A stretch of 53,827 bases of DNA, counting the filler, from Trypethelium eluteriae (lineage: Eukaryota), in assembly GCA_051942245.1 (NCBI GenBank). It is 3 parts of 3 records of this genome, joined end to end, with 100 filler letters (N's around TTAATTAATTAA, not from the genome) between each part and the next. Parts side by side here need not be neighbours in the genome. Positions count along the whole stretch, not along the records: positions 35,967 to 53,827 come from JAVECL010000580.1; 2 more parts are not named here. One strand, given 5' to 3'. The position numbers and the translations under genes are program-made. The notes under the pieces are model-generated. The model searched no databases, was not told the DNA's origin, and saw only the letters and a list, made by a program, of their open reading frames with translations. This document shows positions 48,312-53,827 of the stretch, in pieces. Numbering within the stretch: the stretch's first letter is position 1; every line of letters starts with the position of its first letter.

Positions 48312-50260
48312 ATGGCGGAGCGCTATATTCCAGAACATCGTCGTACGGCTTTCAAAGCCAAGAATACCTTCAAGCCCGATGAGCTGCGACGCCGTCGTGA
48401 AGAACAGCAGGTTGAGATCAGGAAAGCCAAGCGGGAGGAAAATCTTGCAAAGAGGAGAGGTATCACTTCCCGTGAGGGTCCTGCTTTAGGCGCCGGAGTA
48501 GGGGCTGCACCGGATAGCGATGATGAGGGTGGGAATATTGAAAGCCAGGTATGCTCGTGCTTTTTAATTTCTCCATGACCACCCAGATGTCGTGTCATGG
48601 CATGCTCTCAATCTGGTAGCGCTGTCAGAGACTTGACGGAAGTGGTCGTCGCCGAGTACAGAAACCCACAGGTTCTCTCTGCTGCGCGCATGTCTTCCAG
48701 TCCATTGACAAGATCATTGCTCTACTATCCAACTGTCTCTTAGAATCAAAACTCGGTGATGCTAATCATTCCAATCACAGCTTAACGAGGAGCTTCCTCA
48801 AATGGTGCGGGGCGTTTTCTCGGAGCAGATAGACGATCAAATCGCCGCTACCACCAAGTTTCGCAAACTACTATCCAAAGAGCGCAACCCGCCGATCGAA
48901 AAGGTCATAGAGACTGGTGTTGTCAGCCGCTTCGTCGAATTTCTTCGATCTCCCCACACCCTTGTCCAATTCGAGGCAGCTTGGGCCCTCACCAACATCG
49001 CTTCCGGATCTGCTCAACAAACACAGGTGGTCATCGCTGCTGGTGCTGTACCCATTTTCGTTGAATTGCTGAGTAGTCATGAACCGGATGTCAGGGAGCA
49101 GGCTGTTTGGGCTTTGGGAAATATTGCCGGTGACAGTCCCAACTGTCGGGACTTCGTTCTCCAACAAGGCGCTCTTCGACCTCTTCTGGCACTCTTGGGC
49201 GATAGTCGCAAACTCAGTATGCTACGAAATGCTACGTGGACTCTCAGCAATTTCTGTCGTGGCAAGACACCACAACCGGACTGGCAGACAGTACGTTCCT
49301 CCTACTCGTTTCACTACATACTTGAAGCTTACAAATATTCAGATTGCTCCTGCTCTGCCTGTATTGGCCAAGCTCGTCTACTCTTTAGATGATGAGGTTC
49401 TCATCGATGCTTGCTGGGCGATATCCTATCTTTCTGATGGCTCCAACGATAAGATTCAAGCCGTGATTGAAGCTGGCATTCCCCGCCGCCTTGTCGAACT
49501 TCTTATGCATGCTTCGACATCCGTCCAGACGCCAGCTCTTCGTTCGGTTGGCAACATTGTTACTGGTGATGATGTTCAAACACAAGTCATCATTAATTGT
49601 GGTGCCCTTCCAGCACTGCTCTCGTTGCTTAGCTCTAGTAAGGATGGAATCCGCAAAGAGGCGTGTTGGACGATCTCCAACATCACGGCCGGCAACTCAA
49701 CCCAGATCCAGGCCGTCATTGACGCGAACATTGTTCAGCCACTGATTCACTTGCTTTCGAACGGCGACTTCAAGACCCGTAAGGAGGCATGCTGGGCAAT
49801 TTCCAATGCGACATCTGGTGGATTGCAAAAGCCCGATCAGATTCGTTATCTGGTTAGCAATGGCGCCATTAAGCCACTCTGCGACCTTCTTGTCTGTCCG
49901 GACAATAAGATCATCCAGGTTGCTCTTGATGGGTTGGAGAATATTCTCAAGGTCGGAGAGATGGATCGTGAGGCATCCGTCAATTCTGCCGAGCAACAGG
50001 CCATTAACCGTTACGCGCTATTCATTGAAGAATGCGGAGGTATGGAGAAGATTCACGACTGTCAGAACAACGCAAACGAGGAGATCTACATGAAAGCGTA
50101 CAATATCATTGAGAAGTACTTCTCCGATGAAGAAGGCGAAGGCAACGATATCAATGAGCTTGCTCCTCAGCAGGGTCAAGATGGCACATTTGGCTTTGGC
50201 GCTCAACAACAAAACCCACAGTTCCAGTTTGCCAACGGCGGAGATTCCATGGATATGTGA
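48312..50260 (+). CDS. KAP60: Importin alpha (karyopherin alpha), 3 exons
   Basis: IBB domain [26 protein letters not shown] and ARM repeats ([40 protein letters not shown]). Confidence 0.97.
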
Positions 50261-51157
50261 ATTCCAATATTGGCCTTTAGGACGTGGCATGAGATCCAAA
50301 TCTGGCAAGCTGGGACATGTAAGACGTGTACTCTCTGTGACTCTCTCTCAGAAAGCATGCGCCTTTGTGAAGTTGCTTAGGAAAATTCGATCTCCCCCGA
50401 AACAGTATCCGACCTCCTGGATAAGGAGGGACCGACCCGGAACAATGGTTCTGACTGGTGGCCTTGAAGAGACGGACACTTAAGAATAGGAACGGCATCT
50501 CCGAGTCTGGTCCCTTGGCTCTCCACTGAAGACTTTTTTGACCACACTCTTATCCCATGATCCCAGATCAAACCCAGCACCATTCTTCGCCCCTTCGTCA
50601 TGACCATTTATGATCACCAAGATTCCCCGTCATGTAAAACCCCAATGTACCCTCGCGTAACTCGACCTCCAGCATATTTGTCCCCGGCGCACATACAAGG
50701 TTCCCAAGTCCATTACTGGCTTGCGTAGTTAGTGTCCATAGAAATTCAATGCTAAGAGAATCAAAAATAACCTTGACTCGCAAGCGCGGCCATGGGTTTG
50801 GGTACTCGCATGGATAAAGCATGGGCAGATTTGGCAATCCGGTACCTGAGGCAAGGTTGGTACGGCCGATAACGTGACCGTACTTTATCGTACCTTATCG
50901 GGTCCGATCGCCCTGAGGCCCGTATCCACAGCAACGCCCATAGTAACAACACCAATCCCTATACAGTAAAATCGGCCTACTTTCGCCGCTCCACTTAACA
51001 TCGTAGCATATCTGCACGCCATCTCAAAATTGACACGATTACATGCGATGAAGATCTGCCAATCTACACCTTCTCTTCCTACCAACTGCTCCATCGCTGC
51101 TCGCGACCAAGTTTCCTTCCAATCTGACTTGCACTTCTCCACGCTCTTTACCCCGCA

Positions 51158-51163
51158 ACGCGT
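51158..51163. promoter_or_regulatory. Candidate MCB element (ACGCGT) upstream of ASE1; another at 47982-47987 in the POT1/importin divergent promoter
   Basis: Exact hexamer near cell-cycle genes; a short motif, so chance is possible. Confidence 0.3.
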
Positions 51164-51307
51164 TTGTTGACGACTTCACGAGATCGCACCACCAGCGCGC
51201 AGAGCTAAAAACGACATTCCTCGGCAGCTCGGATCCCTGGTGCATTCTGGTGTCTCGGTGCATGAGCTTAAGATAACAGGCAGGGACCGCGATCAAGTCG
51301 TGACGCG

Positions 51308-53827
51308 ATGGATTCTAGCTATCTGTCTCAGCAAATCTCTACAATTATTACGCAACTTCATGGCTTATTCGATGATATCGGAATTCCTAGCCATGAGCGA
51401 GAATCACGCGAATCAAATGTACCATCCCGTTCATATTCGTGAAGCCTTGGCTAATCGCATCTGCAGCTGTTCTCTGCACTGGCGGAAACACTTCATAATC
51501 AACTTCGACTAGTATCGACGTGCGTAATCACTTACCTAGACCCTCCAATCTGAACTGACATTTGTGGCGCAGAGAGAAGAATGACCTCACAGAACAAGCA
51601 CGTCGCCTGATTAAGACCGTCAGGCAGATGGAAGCGTCTCTCGATGATACGAAACAGCGAAGCGACTACGAGCTAGAAGACGAAGATCTGAAGGTTTCAT
51701 TCCCGCTCCTTCGCTGCTTACAGGGTCTTAAAGAGAAACACAATACCATTAGCAAGCTCCACCGTGAACGGTTCGAACAAGTGAAAAGTATTCATATCGG
51801 TCCACCTTGTTTGTCTGAGCAACGCTGACCTCGTTACAGAACTTGTTGAAGCGCTCGAATCCTACGCGTCTCATCTTGAAACATCTTTCGTAAAGATCAA
51901 ACTTCCGAAAGCATCATCTGATGGCACTGTGTCTCCCACATTCGACCTTTCTCCGACATATGTAAATGCACTTGATAATGAATTTACTCGCGTGTATGAG
52001 GAGTACAATCGTCGCCTTTCGACTGTCAAAGCGCTGGCAGACGACATGATCTCCCTCTGGGCAGAACTTGGCACCCCTCAAGCGCAGACTGACAGCAACG
52101 TTGTCGCGTGTGCTCGCGATGCTCCCGAACAACTTGGTCTTCACCAGGATGACCTTAACCGACTTCGAGGCCGGAGGGACAAGTTAGTGGAAGAGAAGCG
52201 CATGCGAGAGAAGAGATTAAAAGAGCTTAGGATGTCTGTTGAAGAGCTGTGGGAACGTCTCGGTGTTGAAGAACGAGACCGCAAAGCCTTCCTATCAGGT
52301 AATCGTGGTTGCGGACTGAGGACTATAAATGAGTTCGAAGATGAACTTTCACGACTGAACGAATTAAAACGGCAGAATCTGCACATCTTTGTCGAGGATG
52401 CTCGTTACAAACTCCAGGAGCTATGGGACAGTCTCTACTTTTCGGAAGAGGAGATGCTAGAATTTACACCCGCCTTCTCCGGTCAGTATTGCACGACTTT
52501 CTCATGAGAGGGTTCTACTAACTTCAAGAATTACTAGATGTATACAGCGATGCGCTTCTCTCCGCCCACGAAGCTGAGATCGCCCGCTTGGAGGCACTCA
52601 GAGAGCAACGTGCCCCCACGCTGCAGATGATCGATAGGCATCGTACGCTTGTTAAGGAACGTGACGATCTGCAAGCCTCGAGCCAAGATGCTTCTCGACT
52701 GATGGCGCGAGGCAACAAAGGCGAAAAGCGCGATCCGACCCGTCTCCTCCGCGAAGAAAAGATGCGAAAGCGGATTGCAAAGGAATTACCGAAGCTTGAG
52801 GCAGACCTCATCAAAGTGCTGGAGAACTGGGAGGATGAGTATGGCAGGCCATTCCTGGTCCACGGGCAGCGATATTTTGATGAGCTTGCAGCCGCTGCTG
52901 CCAACGCCAGGCCTCTTCCCCCTAGGTCAAAAACGCCTAATTGTCCACTTCCTGCAAAATCCGCCAAGTCTTCAGGTACCTTGACCCAGAAAGGTGGAAC
53001 ACTGCGTGGCGCTCCGCCTCGTTCAAAGACACCCACCGCCCAATTAGGACGATCTCAATCCGCTCTCTCGCACTCCGTTCTTGGCAGCTCAACCATTGGC
53101 AGCTCCTCTATGCTCGGGAGTTCGGTATCCGCCGCCTCTGCCACTCGCAACAGTCCGTCCAAGATTCCAGCACGCGCTCCTCTCTCCAACATGCCGCATG
53201 GCAACAACTCGCCAGAGCGCCGACCACGCCCTGGCCCTGCCGCCGCAGTCAGTGAGCTCGAAAACGGTTACGGCACCGTCCGCGGCCGAATGGCACCACC
53301 GCCTCGCGCTCCGCCTCCAAAGATGAAGGACCTCTTCGTTCCTCCGACCTCCGACTCCGATACCGCAGCCCACGACGGCCATCAGAGCTCCAACATCGTC
53401 CGCCACGTCGAGCCCGAAGACGTCTACGACGATCGCGGCGAGCACCACGCTTTCCCAACGCACCAACAGCAGCAGTCACGCAGCCACGCCTCCTCCACCG
53501 CCTCCTCGACCCGACCCCCATACTACACCGCATCAAGCTACAGCTCCCAAACGGGCTACACCTCCGGCGTCTCGTCCTACAGCGGCCCCGGCAGTACCGC
53601 GAACGGCACAGGCAGCCGCCAGATCAGCAACACGTCGATGAGCTCGGCGGGGCACGCCACCGCGGAGTCCGGCAGCGAGAACTGGGAGACGTACGACGAT
53701 GCGAGCGAGCCGGGCGACTGGGAGCGCGAGCGCGAGCAGCAGGATGCGTATCGGGCGCGGACGGTGAAGGCGATGGGGAGGCAGGCACAGGCGCATGCGC
53801 AAGGGTTGGGGAAGAGGGGTCCGCCGG
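51308..53827 (+). CDS. ASE1: Ase1/PRC1/MAP65 spindle midzone protein, 3' end truncated by the window
   Basis: MDSSYLSQQ...HERESRE, LWAELGTPQAQ, ELSRLNELKRQNLHIFVEDAR, DVYSDALLSAHEAEI and RLLREEKMRKRIAKELPKL. Confidence 0.93.

Overview
Intron-containing fungal genomic DNA, most likely a filamentous ascomycete (Pezizomycotina-type genes and splice signals). It has about 21 protein genes and two artificial 100-nt scaffold gaps (N44-TTAATTAATTAA-N44). The backbone is housekeeping: PRS, homocitrate synthase, ING-PHD, MED10, ERG2, a PXA protein, a CENP-B-type HTH factor, RBG1, CDO1, a ferric reductase fragment, a PBR1-like SDR, DUG3, DUF1308, SRP9/21, POT1, importin-alpha and ASE1. Five items stand out. 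(1) The homocitrate synthase has a 4-nt frameshift, substitutions at conserved residues and a Tc1/mariner-type MITE upstream, which suggests decay of the entry step of lysine biosynthesis. (2) A roughly 2,100-aa NLR has tandem SesB-like hydrolase domains (the second with Ser->Asp), NACHT and ankyrins, then five Pol II CTD-like YSPPTPT heptads and an extra C-terminal domain. (3) A Kex2-processed, 8-Cys secreted effector-like gene is only partly seen by the ORF track. (4) The PXA gene has a 1.84-kb intron that may carry alternative 5' exons. (5) A nonsense-interrupted kinase lies in a relic-rich 3-kb segment. Gene models were spliced by eye and family calls come from recalled motifs; no database searches were run.
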